This document shows, piece after piece, positions 23,301 to 33,601 of a DNA stretch of 64,000 nt (positions are counted from its first letter, which is position 1; every line of letters begins with the position of its first letter). Where the stretch lies: assembly GCF_964204645.1 (NCBI RefSeq), contig NC_134029.1, forward strand, positions 9,140,850-9,204,849, in the 5' to 3' direction. This stretch comes from Tubulanus polymorphus (Eukaryota; Animalia; Nemertea). The notes beneath the pieces were generated by a model, which did not search any database, was not told the DNA's origin, and saw only the letters and a list, made by a program, of their open reading frames with translations. The position numbers and the translations under genes are program-made.

Positions 23301-25463
23301 CTAAAGAGCGGCCAGTTGTTCATGGGTTACGCCTTTGTTCTGACACACGGGAAATCTGAAAATCACCAAGAAGGTAGTTATCAACTATATACATCATAGT
23401 TCAAATCCAGCTGTAAGCATTTATTTGCTTTAAGTATGTGTACACTTATCTCATGGAACTTCTGTTGTTGCTTAGTTATGAGTCATGAAATTACTGTCTG
23501 GAAATATATCTTACAAAAACCTCTTCATTGTTGTACCATGTGGTAAAAATGTGTTTCAAAATGACCATCGTTCCGCATATTGGTTGATTAGCAGGCACGG
23601 AAGAATTCGACAAAGATCTTATTCGAAAGTTAATCACGACTGGAAGCGGTATTTTACTCGAAAAGGTTGACCCAGCAATGGTAAGAATAAAAAAGTCTTT
23701 TAGCCATCTTTATTATGGCTTTTCGCCGCCTTCTTTTGGCTATCTCATTCAATCTCACAATGAAAGAAACTGTTAAAGGGTTTTTCTTTTTTCACCATTT
23801 AAGATAGCGGCCGCGACGGAGGTCTTATTGATATCGGACTCATATCAAAGAACTATAAAGTATTTTCACTGTTTAGCCAGCAGTATACCACCGGTTTCAC
23901 ACCAGTGGATTTTGGATTGCTGTGAAAAGGTAAGTTTAACTTGCGATGATTAAGATATTGGGCAACCCCGTTTATTTTTATAAGCATTCGCGAAAATATT
24001 AACATTTGGTTGTTGAAATTTTCCAAAATCGAAAGCCATGATAAAGTTGTGTATGTTAGTCATATAGATAATGGAAAAGTTATGTGGTTCGGGGATATTA
24101 AACTATAAGATAGTTGTAGCAAACAAAATTTGAAAACTTTGCCTTTATCGTCATACCAGCAAACATTCTACATGACCTAGTTGATTGGTATGATGTTATC
24201 ATAGTAGGGAATCCCAAATGAATTCTTCGTTGGAATCTTCACGAATTCTTTAAATGAAATTTTGTGCCGTAATGCCTAATCAATTCTGAAAATTACTTTT
24301 CCACAGTTGATTGTCCAAGGCTAATCATCGTCATAGATTCTATGTTAATAACTTGGCATTTTCTGTTTTGTAGAACCAACTGTTATCGTACAAGAACTAT
24401 TTGTTGCCGGCTGGAATTGATCAAGATGAATGCGTTATTGAATGGTAACGATTTCTGCTCTCCTTAACAGACTTATTGATGTTCTATTTCTAATGAATAA
24501 GATACAATACTCAATATTCTAGGCAATTTTTATGACCCTGGCTCCACTTTAGTCCAACGCATTCACCACAACCCCGTTCACATGTGGCAGGGAATTTCAG
24601 GCTGGGGTCATTCAAGGATTTGCCTCATTCCTAGTTTTATCACCTATTCTTATAATGATAAACTTTTACGACTATGATTCTTCCCTTGTTGCTATTATAT
24701 AATAAGTTATCTCTGATAGCTGGCAATAGAGTTATTACATAGCCAGGCATTGTTCACATTTTACCACCGATCACTGAGGATGAAGCAGTTTGTTGAAACT
24801 GCCCAGAAATAAGGAACAGTATCATCATGATTGCCAGTAAACATTTGATAGATTTGATTTGAATTTTTTGAATGATTGTTTTAGGATCAGTAAGGCCCGA
24901 CCGCTGAGTGGATTGGTTGTGTTTTTCGCATCCGCTGATAAAAAATTGAAAGAAGCGTGGACGGCAATTTTGATAACAGCCGGCTGTGAAGTGATTACCA
25001 AGTTACCGAAAAACATTGTTCCAGCTGAAGGTAAGTTTATTTTGAATTTTGAAAAAAGATTTAAGGCCAACAGGAACCAATTTAGACTCCCCCTTATACA
25101 GTACTGCTCAAATCAATAATATCAGTGAATTAACTGAAATTTATTTCACAAAACCTTCGATTCTTGGCTCAGTATGCAGTCATCTTGAGTGATATATACA
25201 GTCCAATGCTACTAAGTAAGGCGGAGTCTACTCTATTTCTATCTTTTTACTGAAATTGAGATATTTTTTGTGTATTCGTTTTTACAGGTGAAGCTGTACC
25301 GGAAGTGATAGTGACAGATGCTTCTTGTCCAGTCAGTACTTCACAATGGGCGGAAATACAGGAAATTCCCTTGGTGTCCATCGAATGGGCCATCCAATGT
25401 TTAATACAGGGAAAACGGCTGCAGTACGATCATCCTTTCATTGAACATCACAATCAACGGTGA
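4300..25463 (+). CDS. TP53BP1: TP53-binding protein 1 (53BP1) orthologue, multi-exon; true 5' start unresolved
   Basis: In-frame GT-AG exons: 4300-4455, 4849-4952, 5861-5984, 6625-6731, 8428-8465, 8779-8853, 10623-10745, 11757-11958, 12500-12605, 12805-13104, 13243-13585, 13838-13885, 15147-15257, 15607-15752, 15925-16220, 16658-16748, 20445-20536, 20713-20788, 21494-21697, 21938-22050, 22450-22713, 23015-23164, 23263-23373, 23595-23680, 23804-23929, 24374-24444, 24885-25030, 25288-25463 (TGA), about 1,330 aa. Has an S/T-rich N-terminus with SQ/TQ sites, SSGHLGDISS (human SSGDLGDISS), Tudor AKWSDGFYYPG, UDR DVTLDNLVEGKRVRR, BRCT1 LFMGYAFVLT...RTIKYFHCLASSIPPVSHQWI...YKNYLLPAG and BRCT2 VIVTDASCP...VSIEWAIQCLIQG. 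N-terminal exons are less certain than the C-terminal ones. Confidence 0.92.
5547..5765 (+). mobile_element. 5' fragment of a HINE/DINE-1-like element
   Basis: gtgggctattgcattcatttttcgttcatctgtctgtccgtc...aagatggcgg resembles the head of 7086-8370. Confidence 0.65.
7086..8370 (+). mobile_element. Helentron-associated non-autonomous element (HINE/DINE-1-like) with internal ~154-bp tandem repeats
   Basis: Begins in a T-run. 12-bp subterminal inverted repeat gcccacttggga (7092-7103) / tcccaagtgggc (8333-8344), a 5' partial palindrome, a (ccgt)n microsatellite, and ~4 tandem units starting gcatatttt at ~7725, 7879, 8033, 8187. This is the known DINE-1/HINE layout. Confidence 0.8.
9443..9588. mobile_element. 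Short MITE (Harbinger-like)
   Basis: TIRs ggga.c.ttcatttagtatgtacgca ... tgcgtacatactaaatgaacgacccc. Confidence 0.7.
9777..10245. mobile_element. Non-autonomous piggyBac-type element
   Basis: TTAA target duplication on both sides and perfect 14-bp TIRs CCCATTAGCACTCA / TGAGTGCTAATGGG. Confidence 0.88.
11283..11521. mobile_element. hAT-like MITE (degenerate right end)
   Basis: cagggttcttacag ... ctgtcagaaccc termini with repeated atcagggaattc subterminal motifs. Confidence 0.55.
11530..12225 (-). mobile_element. Two copies of a tRNA-derived SINE-like repeat (~11530-11700, ~12055-12225); further copies near 4565, 12340, 15285, 15510
   Basis: Plus-strand cagggattcaaacc...gcatcgctagactcagcca is the reverse complement of a Pol III B-box-like ggtt(t/c)gaatccctg preceded by an A-box-like tggctgagtc; the copies are mutually similar. 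Confidence 0.55.
13915..14642 (+). repeat. ~5 tandem ~130-146-bp units ending in a short hairpin (probable second HINE-type family)
   Basis: gagccgttttc recurs at ~13981, 14127, 14254, 14393, 14539, with tagggggcgctgtac...cacttgtaaaatc in each unit. Terminal stem-loop cagccgacaggctg followed by a T-rich tail. Confidence 0.75.
17374..18203 (+). mobile_element. Interspersed repeat (homologous to 1-622) in the 53BP1 intron
   Basis: 17377-17945 is the inverse of 1-622. The right boundary is inferred only from the acccgtagta direct repeat at 17374 and 18194. Confidence 0.7.
18747..19718 (-). CDS. Intronless rhodopsin-class (class A) GPCR, FMRFamide/sex-peptide-receptor-like orphan, nested antisense in a TP53BP1 intron
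   Basis: 323-aa ORF with 7 hydrophobic segments: TM1 GITLN, TM2 LAVIDNL, TM3 end VERL (DRY variant), TM5 IVP, TM6 LEIP, TM7 NSCINFILY (NPxxY variant), and an N-terminal N-glycosylation site NNT. Splice acceptor tttcag lies 3 nt before the ATG. Confidence 0.9.
   Translation of the reverse strand: MSDARLNNTADCPTFGSGRWRMNAFVLPPFIFVGITLNLLVILIFVRLKYNHRSAFLLTVLAVIDNLFLVAQFILESFRYFLLFAKVGNDAMARYWPWNVKPKIYIGSVIFYKASLLLRNWFTVLIQVERLITILMPLKAGIIITTSSLKKAIFLTASLSVCFGMYYPATLTTMYKHGNICVEETVAYRSEAHQKIFNTFNVLIDPLLRAIVPTLAVLIANIMLLIVLYVKLMVRKEMTNELNLKLSESKATKMVITMSFVFLLLEIPGSTSKLSEFLSGKRIEEANTAYNVTSILNSCINFILYYIVNANFKTVANNLATCK
20713..22480 (+). CDS. TP53BP1: 53BP1 tandem Tudor + UDR exons (20713-20788, 21494-21697, 21938-22050, start of 22450-)
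   Basis: Spliced translation VAVMAKWSDGFYYPGHI...KFLIHYDDDGDIRP...LNMGQDVMA...FPRSKVILTKIQA...GDVTLDNLVEGKRVRRS. Confidence 0.93.
22076..22237. mobile_element. Harbinger-like MITE
   Basis: TIRs gtctacactagc..tgtacccggg ... cccgggtaca..gctagtgtagac, with internal aacccggg repeats. Confidence 0.7.
23263..25463 (+). CDS. TP53BP1: 53BP1 C-terminal tandem BRCT exons
   Basis: Six exons give two BRCT repeats with the conserved W-x-x-x-C motifs (HQWILDC, IEWAIQC), closely matching human 53BP1 BRCT1 and BRCT2. Confidence 0.95.
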
Positions 25464-26762
25464 TGGCATCGAAATAACTCAACCGGATTATTCATTGTGT
25501 GTTGTCCCGCTATTCAGATTTATTGTCTTTTATTATACAGTTGAACACTATTCACAAAAACTGCCATATGTCTCAATCCGGTTTGGCTTAAACTTGTACG
25601 GTACGGTACTTAAATCTATGGACCGGTGAAGTTACTTTGAATCCGGAATTTGCTTGATCCCGATGTTAGGTCCTAAATTATCTAGATTGGGTGGGTTTTT
25701 GTGTTACAGAGAATCCCTGCAATTTTATTTTTTTAATACCGTTATGTAGTTAATATGTATATGTATTACGAAAAATGTTTTAATGCAGAAATATTGTAAA
25801 TTCTTGCCAAATGGTTTTTAACCTGCACGTGTACATACTGTATACTGATAATTTGATCATTTTTGTTATGCCGGTACATGTAATTTAGCAATTTTCTGAC
25901 TTAACAATCATGCATGAATCTATTGTCTGATCGAATTTAATTTTAGACATTTTAGTATAGTCTCAATATTGCATGTTTTGATTTATTTTTTCAATAGAAT
26001 TTATATATGAAATGTTCTCTTATAGAAAGAAATATAGGAAAAAAGTATGAAAGAAATTTATATTCTTCTAGTTGCGTTTTTTTCCAGTGCTTCGCCCTTA
26101 ATCGAAAGACGCGATGGGTAAATTATCGTCGTCCCATCCATCCATCGTTATATTTGACGTTTTCACTTTTAAGATGGCGGACTGGTGACCTTTTCGGGTT
26201 TTTTTAATACCCATTTGTTTAAATCCATCAAAATACTTTTGAACTCGCTTAGGTCGTCATAGCTGAGATTGTACTATGTTGACATCCAAGTGACGAATAG
26301 ATTTAATCTGAAATGCTCTACATGTCGAAAATCGTGACGAAAGGCTAAAGGCTGGCTTATGTCGACAAGCAACGCGACGCCTACCGACTCCTGCCGACGC
26401 AACTGAGAGCAACCGCGATCGCTTATTTCGACTGCGCTCCGATCCGCAGCAACTGAGGCCGACTAGCGGGATATGAGATCCTCCCAGTTGCTTCCCTGCT
26501 TATGTCGGTTGCGATTGCTGGCAACTGCAACGGCTCAAATGGTTTCGTGATAAGTACTTCGAGAATAAATTTGAATTATTAGGAAATATATTTCTATTAG
26601 AAAAGCTATTTCTTTAAGACTTTGATCTTTCTGATTCTGTTTTGAATACAATGGCTAGCGACATCTATAAAGAATAAGATGGCCACTCACACCATAATTC
26701 TACCCATTTCGTTTCTAGATCTTCGGTCCGGTCCTCTGCCGTGCTGAAGGTTTGGTTTACGT

Positions 26763-27383
26763 ATGGAATTGCTTGAATTTTTGAAAGTTATTGGTTTAGG
26801 TTTAGGTTTATTTTATTTCGCTCTAACCAAACATTGGTACATAGAGGTTACAAGAATTTGTACAATAAAATGTCGTGCAATAGATAAGTCACTTTCAGAC
26901 GTCGATTACAGACTCTCGGCAATTGATGCGTACTACGAAGAATTAGAGATGTACACTAGAAGAAACTCTATCCGTATTTTTGGACTCAACGAACTTCCAG
27001 ACGAAAATCCGCTTGAAAAATGTACGAAATTTTTCAAAGACTCCCTGAACATTGATATCAATCCGTCTGGCATCGACCGAGCGCATCGAATAGGAAAACC
27101 ATCTAGAGACCCGCGTGTTCCGAGACAAATGATCGTCAAATTTGTGCGTCATACCGACAACGAGCTGGTTATCAAGCAGCGTAGAAAATTAAAAGGATCC
27201 AAAACTAGTATCTCTGAGGATTTAACCCGCGGCAGAGCTCAATTCCTGAAGTACCTGAACAAACATCAAGCGGTTTCAGCATCATGGTCGAATGACGGTA
27301 AAATTATGGCCATCATTAACAACATGAAGCACCATCTTAGTGGCTATGCAGATTTTGATGAGATATTGAATCGTGTATCCTAA
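26763..27383 (+). CDS. LINE ORF1 (coiled-coil + RRM, L1/transposase_22-like)
   Basis: RRNSIRIFGLNE, IDRAHRIG, RQMIVKF, RRKLKG, ISEDLT and WSNDGKI are typical ORF1p motifs. Confidence 0.9.
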   Translation: MELLEFLKVIGLGLGLFYFALTKHWYIEVTRICTIKCRAIDKSLSDVDYRLSAIDAYYEELEMYTRRNSIRIFGLNELPDENPLEKCTKFFKDSLNIDINPSGIDRAHRIGKPSRDPRVPRQMIVKFVRHTDNELVIKQRRKLKGSKTSISEDLTRGRAQFLKYLNKHQAVSASWSNDGKIMAIINNMKHHLSGYADFDEILNRVS

Positions 27384-27674
27384 TTTGATTAATCCTGTCA
27401 AATCATAATTCCTTGATAACAATTATTATTTAGCATCTTAAAATTATTTAGGAGGAGCTAATCCTTTCATATGCTCGTGGCTTTAGTTACTCGGTATGGT
27501 TTATTGCTAATAGTATGTGCTGTGATCACATATTTTCTACATCGTCAATTTTTCTTTGTTTTCATTGATTTTTTTGTGTATACATATGCGTACTTTGTTC
27601 ATAATGAGCGAAATTTATTATGTAACGGTGAGTGCCGTCGAAGTATTACTATCACGCTTCAATTCCACTAGCAG

Positions 27675-30611
27675 ATGGCCAGTCATGCACATCCTGAGTT
27701 TATCGTAGGTTCAAGTAGTAAATATTATAAGGATTTAACGCAATTATCAAAGTTTGGATTATCAAACTTCTCCTTGTTTCATCTAAATATAAGGAGTTTT
27801 AATAAGAATTTTGAGAATTTGCAATTATATTTACACTCCCTCTGTTTCAATTTTGGGATTTTAGCTTTTACTGAAACGTGGACTAAACTTCAACATGACA
27901 ACAAGTCAATGTATAATTTGCCTGATTATGAGTCGATTTTCATAAGTAGACAGGATACACGTGGTGGTGGAATAGCGATGTTTGTCCACAACACCATTAA
28001 ATTTAGGATACTGGATGATTTTACATGTGTAAATGACACATTCGAAAGTTTATTTATAGAAATCCAATTACCACATAATATGTCAAAACATATTGTTGGC
28101 ACTATCTATCGACCGCCTGATGCAAGTGTCAATAACTTTAATACTGATTTTCTACCACTCTTAGAAAACTTAACTAGAGCAGGGCGTAAGTGCTTCATTT
28201 TGGGCGATTTCAATATAAATCTTTTCAACGCCGACTCTCATAAACCGACTGGAGATTTTATTTTTAATATGCTTTCAACTGGTTTTACGAATTTAATAGA
28301 TAAGTCAACACGAGTAACCGACAGATCTTCTACTCTTATTGACAATATATATTCAAACTGTTATTCTAGTTTCGATGCAATTTCAGGGATTCTGATCTAT
28401 GATATATCTGACCACTTTCCAATTTTTGCAATTATGCCAGAAATCAAAGTCAACCATACATCAACTAGGACAGTTAGTTATCGAAAAATGTCAGATCATG
28501 ATATCGCTCGATTTAAACGAAAGCTAATTGCACATGATTGGACTCATGTGTTTAATATTCATGATGCTAATGTTGCCTATAACTCTTTTTATGATGTATT
28601 CTATAAATACTACACGGAATGTTTCCCTATAATCAATAGAAAGTTTTCGATATATAGGGACAAGAAACACGGATGGTTTTCTAACGGTTTATTGATTTCT
28701 TTGAAAAAGAAGGATTCTCTTTATAGAAGATACCTGTCTAGTAAACTTCAAACTGATAGAGATATCTACAATAGATATAGAAACGTTTTTAATACTTGTA
28801 TCAAAAAGGCTAAAACGCTTCACTATAACTCTATGTTAAACAATGCGAGAGATCCCAAGGAAACCTGGAAAATAATTAATGACCTAATTAATAGAAAATC
28901 ATCAAATTCTAAATATCCTGATGTTTTTGAACAGAATGGTGTTATGTACAAAAATAATGTTAGTATAGCCAATGAATTTAATAAGTGTTTTGCACAAGCG
29001 GGTCCAAATCTAGCCAATGATATTTTACCTACTAACAAAACATTTTTCTCTTTTCTGGGTCCGCCACAACAAAATAATATCTTTTTCTCTCCCACAGATT
29101 CTTTGGAAATTGAAAATATTGTTTCAAAATTTAAAAATAGTAATAACACTGGTCATGATGGTATCAATCAAAAGATCCTTAAGAGAGTAATTGACGCTAT
29201 ATCTCGGCCGTTAGCTCATATTTTAAATCTAAGTTTGATTAATGGACAAGTACCTGAATCCTTCAAAATATCTAAGATATTACCTTTGTTCAAATCTGGA
29301 GATGTTTCACATTTTTCAAACTACAGACCAATATCAATACTCCCATGTATTTCCAAGATCTTAGAAAAAGTAGTTTACAAAAGAGTTATAAGTTTTTTGG
29401 ACAAGTATAAAATACTATCTCCATGTCAATTTGGATTTAGAAAAGACCATTCCACCAACATGGCTATTACTGTTATCATAGATAAAATTATCAATAATTT
29501 AGACAATGGCAAATCAACTATAGGAATATTTTTAGACCTTTCGCGTGCATTTGATACAGTGAATCATGAAATTCTATTGTCTAAACTTTGCCATTATGGC
29601 ATCAGAGGTACGCCATTACTCTGGTTTAGAAACTATCTTTCAAACCGTTTTCAGACTGTTCTTTTTAAAGAGACTACTAGCACTAGCTATCCTGTATTCT
29701 GTGGAGTGCCTCAAGGATCTATTTTGGGGCCGATCCTTTTCTTATTATATATAAATGACCTTGCAAACGCATCAAGCATTTTTAATCTTATCATGTTTGC
29801 TGATGATGCTAATGTATTCACTTCTCATATCAATATTAATGAGTTAACTATAATAGTAAATACAGAACTACACAAACTGAATATCTGGTTTCGGGCAAAC
29901 AGGCTTTCATTGAATTTGAAAAAGACTCATTTCATGTTTTTCAGTCGTGCTAAACATAAACACTCAATTTCTATCAAAATCAACAATATGTCTATATCAC
30001 AAGTCTCGACAACAAAATTTCTAGGCGTTCAAGTTGACGACCAGCTTACTTGGAAGTCACACATTAATAGCATCTGTACTAAACTATCACGGTTCATTGG
30101 TATAATGGGTAGACTTTATGGAATTTTGTCAAAAACAACTTTACTGCAGTTGTATTATTCTTTCATTTATTGCCATCTCACCTATTGTAATATTGTATGG
30201 GGTAATACTTATCCTTCAAACTTAAGAAAGCTGGAACTTCTCCAGACGAAAGCGGTCCGCATTATCTTTAAAACCGATTTTAGAGCCCATACCTCACCAT
30301 TATTTAAGTCTGCAAAAATTCTTAAATTGGCAGATATAAACAATTTTCAAATTGGACAATTCATGTATCTATATGTCAATAACAAGTTACCTGAGATGTT
30401 CAATAATTTTTTTAAGACGAATGACGTTGGATACAACGCTAGAAACAGCAACAACATCCGCCCTGACTCATTCAAATCAAATCTAAAAGGTTTTTCAATA
30501 AAAGTCAACGGTCCAAATATTTGGAATATTATGAATGATTCAATTAAAAACTCCCCTTCTATTGAAAGTTTCAAAAATCGAACAAAAAAAATTTTACTTT
30601 CTCATTATTAA
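27675..30611 (+). CDS. LINE ORF2: APE endonuclease + reverse transcriptase, intact 978 aa
   Basis: Endonuclease motifs HLNIRS, FTETW, RGGGIA, IYRPP, GDFNI, IDNIY, SDHFP. RT motifs NYRPISIL, QFGFR, FLDLSRAFDTV, GVPQGSILGP, FADD, KFLGV. No stops or frameshifts. Confidence 0.97.
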   Translation: MASHAHPEFIVGSSSKYYKDLTQLSKFGLSNFSLFHLNIRSFNKNFENLQLYLHSLCFNFGILAFTETWTKLQHDNKSMYNLPDYESIFISRQDTRGGGIAMFVHNTIKFRILDDFTCVNDTFESLFIEIQLPHNMSKHIVGTIYRPPDASVNNFNTDFLPLLENLTRAGRKCFILGDFNINLFNADSHKPTGDFIFNMLSTGFTNLIDKSTRVTDRSSTLIDNIYSNCYSSFDAISGILIYDISDHFPIFAIMPEIKVNHTSTRTVSYRKMSDHDIARFKRKLIAHDWTHVFNIHDANVAYNSFYDVFYKYYTECFPIINRKFSIYRDKKHGWFSNGLLISLKKKDSLYRRYLSSKLQTDRDIYNRYRNVFNTCIKKAKTLHYNSMLNNARDPKETWKIINDLINRKSSNSKYPDVFEQNGVMYKNNVSIANEFNKCFAQAGPNLANDILPTNKTFFSFLGPPQQNNIFFSPTDSLEIENIVSKFKNSNNTGHDGINQKILKRVIDAISRPLAHILNLSLINGQVPESFKISKILPLFKSGDVSHFSNYRPISILPCISKILEKVVYKRVISFLDKYKILSPCQFGFRKDHSTNMAITVIIDKIINNLDNGKSTIGIFLDLSRAFDTVNHEILLSKLCHYGIRGTPLLWFRNYLSNRFQTVLFKETTSTSYPVFCGVPQGSILGPILFLLYINDLANASSIFNLIMFADDANVFTSHININELTIIVNTELHKLNIWFRANRLSLNLKKTHFMFFSRAKHKHSISIKINNMSISQVSTTKFLGVQVDDQLTWKSHINSICTKLSRFIGIMGRLYGILSKTTLLQLYYSFIYCHLTYCNIVWGNTYPSNLRKLELLQTKAVRIIFKTDFRAHTSPLFKSAKILKLADINNFQIGQFMYLYVNNKLPEMFNNFFKTNDVGYNARNSNNIRPDSFKSNLKGFSIKVNGPNIWNIMNDSIKNSPSIESFKNRTKKILLSHY

Positions 30612-31089
30612 TCGTTACAGTTTATTCATGAAAATAATAATAATGATAATTATGTATAAGGTGCAATGACCTTCTCAAATGGTACTTACTTATGCTCATA
30701 TGATGTATGTATAACCTTGGAATAAACTCCAAGGTATAACTTTATGTATTTATATGTATACATTTTTGTGTGTGTGTCTACTTGTAAATGTGTGTGAATA
30801 TATGTGTGTGGTTTTCTGATATGTGGTGGGTGTTTTGGTGTGTGCGTGTGTGCTGCTTGCTTGCGAGTGTGTGTGCGTGTGTGTGTGTTTGTGTGTATCA
30901 TGCGTATTTCATCTCTATTTGTTCCTTTTGGGGTGCCTGATATTACAAGCTCTGCTTTCCTCTGGTTGCCCTGCTGTTATTTTACATCAGTTTATATATA
31001 TTTTGTATGAACCAAATTAATCATCTATTGTAATTTTGTCTGGTATTTATTTATTGATGTAAATTATTCAGGAAATAAATAAATAATTT

Positions 31090-31450
31090 ATAATTTACAA
31101 AACTTAAAAACAAGAAAACAGAGATACACATAGAATAGAATAATAATAGAGATAACAGATATGTATACATGAATTTTACTTAAGTAGCTTGAGACCAGCA
31201 TTTACAAATCTAGCGAGTTTAATTAATATATTGTTATTTACAGCATTAAATAATTGTGACATTTTAAAAGTGTTTGGTCTATTTACATAAAAAGGTGTTA
31301 AGAAAACTCTTCGTATATTGTATAGTTTGGAACACTCAAAAAGAAAATGGAATTCATCACCGATTTTGTTAAGACTACAATATGTACAAATACGTTCGTT
31401 TCTATCAATATTTACATTGCTAAGTTTGTTTGCATCTAATTTACGGCTAT
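31090..31450 (-). mobile_element. 3' fragment of an RTE/RTE-X-type LINE (C-terminal CCHC knuckle), tail-to-tail with the intact LINE
   Basis: Minus strand reads NIDRNERICTYCSLNKIGDEFHFLFECSKLYNIRRVFL...LARFVNAGLKLLK* (stop 31178-31176). The C-x2-C...GDEFH-x4-C motif is typical of RTE-X ORF2 ends. Confidence 0.75.
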
Positions 31451-31506
31451 TGACTGATTACTAATGACGCTAACTAGCGGTCATAATTTGTACTATGTAT
31501 ATTATA

Positions 31507-32077
31507 TAAAAATTCCGTGCAATATACCATGCAAAAAATATATTGCTTCGTTTCTGCGTCCGCAAAAACGAAATTTACCGCGCAGAAACGAAGTTCGTTT
31601 CTGCGCCCGTTTTGGCGAGTTTGAGCGCGCGGTGATTTCTCGTTTTTGCGCCGCGCAAAACGAAGTCTGCGTGGCGCAAAAACGAAATTTACCGCGCAGA
31701 AACGCGCTAAAACGAGTGCAGAAACGAACTTCGTTTTTCGAACTTCGAACTTCGCCAGGGTTCATCTCGTGATACTAATTAAAACGAAGTTCGTTTCTGC
31801 GCTCGTTTTAGCACGTTTCTGCGCGGTAAATTTCGTTTTTACGCGGCGCAAAAACGGACGCAGAAACGAAGTTTGTTTTTGCGCGGCGCAAAAACGAGAA
31901 ATCACCGCGCTAAAACGCGCCAAAACGGGCGCTAAAACGAAGTTCGTTTCTGCGCTCGTTTTGGCGCGTTTCTGCGCGGTAAATTTTTTGCGCCACGCAG
32001 AAACGAAGCAATACATTTTTTGCATGGTATATTGCTCGGAATTTTTTTTTTAAACTTGGCCCTAATCAGCCACCATA
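31507..32077. mobile_element. Foldback MITE (long internal palindrome), related to the 45667-46200 family
   Basis: aattccgtgcaatataccatgcaaaaaat...cgtttctgcg is mirrored by cgcagaaacg...attttttgcatggtatattgctcggaatt. The right end ggccctaatcagccaccata resembles the TIR of 45667-46200. Confidence 0.75.
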
Positions 32078-33601
32078 GGATACGGCTTGCGACGAGTCGG
32101 TAGGCGTCGGGTTGCCGTCGCAAGCCGGCTTATGTCGAACCGATAGAGCAGCAACTGGCGGCCTCTCGTAGACCGCTAGTTGCCGCTAATCGGCGATAAA
32201 CCCAGTTGCGTCGGTAGGCGTCGCGTTGCTTGTCGACATAAGCCAGCCTTAAAGTATGTGACGATAAGGACTTAACCAAGTTAGTATGTATGTACAGCAT
32301 CTTCACCCGTCAAGGGATTCGAACTCACTAAGCTAAAGTCGTTCCCGAACTGAGCGATACCAGATACTGGCAAGCGAGGATGTTATGTACAGTGGAACCT
32401 CTGAAGGACTATTGCGTGTTATGTACAAAATAAAAATCCCAGGCCAAATCCTCGCTCATTTACAGTTTGATACGTATCATCGGAAGCAACGATCCTTTTC
32501 TAACGAACTTTCGGTTATAACGACCGACTTAAAATAATTCAACGTCCAACATTCGGTAATGTTTAAGTACTGAGGCATGTGGTCGAAAAATGAACTCAAG
32601 AGACACGTTACGCACTCCCTCGGATCGGTTGGAACCCAACGTTGACGGATTCAACGTTTAGAAACAACTGTCAAACGAATATATAAAGCTTATACTGGTT
32701 CAAAAATATAGTCGTTTCTATAGGGTCGTCAGTGTCCTGTTTTATTATCTGAATATTTCGCTTAATTTTTTGAGTATATTTATCTCAAATAAGTGTTTAA
32801 ACTGACCAAGTGGGTATGTAAACCATTTTACATTTACACTTGCCAAGAATTGACAGAAAAGCTTTAGAATTGAAAGGAGACTCCGCAGTATTGTTACTGA
32901 TGTCTATTGATTTCTGTCTTGGATCGTTTTGGGGGATTTATTCTTTTAAATATGTCGCTTACATTAATTAGTTCACAGGAATTCCGCTGGTGCCAAAATT
33001 TCAAACCTATTCGGGGGTAGCCTACTTCGAACAATCATGAACAAGTGATTGATGTTGAGCCTGGGATACCCCATGTCCATCCTCTAATTCAGCATCTGAG
33101 GTACGGAGACTACACACAAGCGCAATAAACGATGTGGCTTCGAATCCGGAACATCCATGACTCCCATAACCCCTAGACCACTCTGAATCAGAATCCACGG
33201 CTACCCTCTAACGGTTTCTGTTGACATTTTCTTAATATAAGACAAGACGCTTTTTTAGATTAAAAGATTAACAAAATTTATTTCAGTAGCTTTTCTTAGG
33301 GTTTCACGGCTTTTATTTTACAATATCTTGTATATATATATTCGCTTGTATTATGTGAAATTTGCAAAAACAATATTCTGACCTAGACATGTAGGTATTA
33401 CTTAACTATATAATACTGGAAACTGACAGTTATCACTTTTTGGAATGCAGAAAACAGACAATTCAATACTGTGGATTCGCTCATAAGCTGCCGATACCAA
33501 AAAGGTTCCGCTCGTTAAAACTGGAAAACTATCATCATCCTAACTTATTGTTTTACAGGTTATTTAACATTTTTCATCTTTTACGACAAAGTTTTGTCGA
33601 C

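Larger units (their letters stand above)
26680..31086 (+). mobile_element. Near full-length CR1/L2-group (Crack/Daphne-like) non-LTR retrotransposon
   Basis: ORF1 plus intact ORF2, a GT-rich 3' UTR and an aaataaataaataa tail at ~31073-31086. The 5' boundary is approximate and no TSD was identified. Confidence 0.9.
26349..32249. mobile_element. PIF/Harbinger-like non-autonomous element split by nested insertions
   Basis: ~40-bp TIR aggctggcttatgtcgacaagcaacgcgacgcctaccgac (from 26349) is inverted at ~32210-32249. TAA flanks both ends (26346-26348, 32250-32252). Confidence 0.82.

Noticed and set aside
27600-27700. 2A-like ribosome-skipping peptide at the LINE ORF2 N-terminus
   Set aside because: No D(V/I)ExNPGP motif is present.
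31464-32123. Cluster of overlapping ORFs on both strands
   Set aside because: Artefact of the palindromic, internally repetitive MITE.
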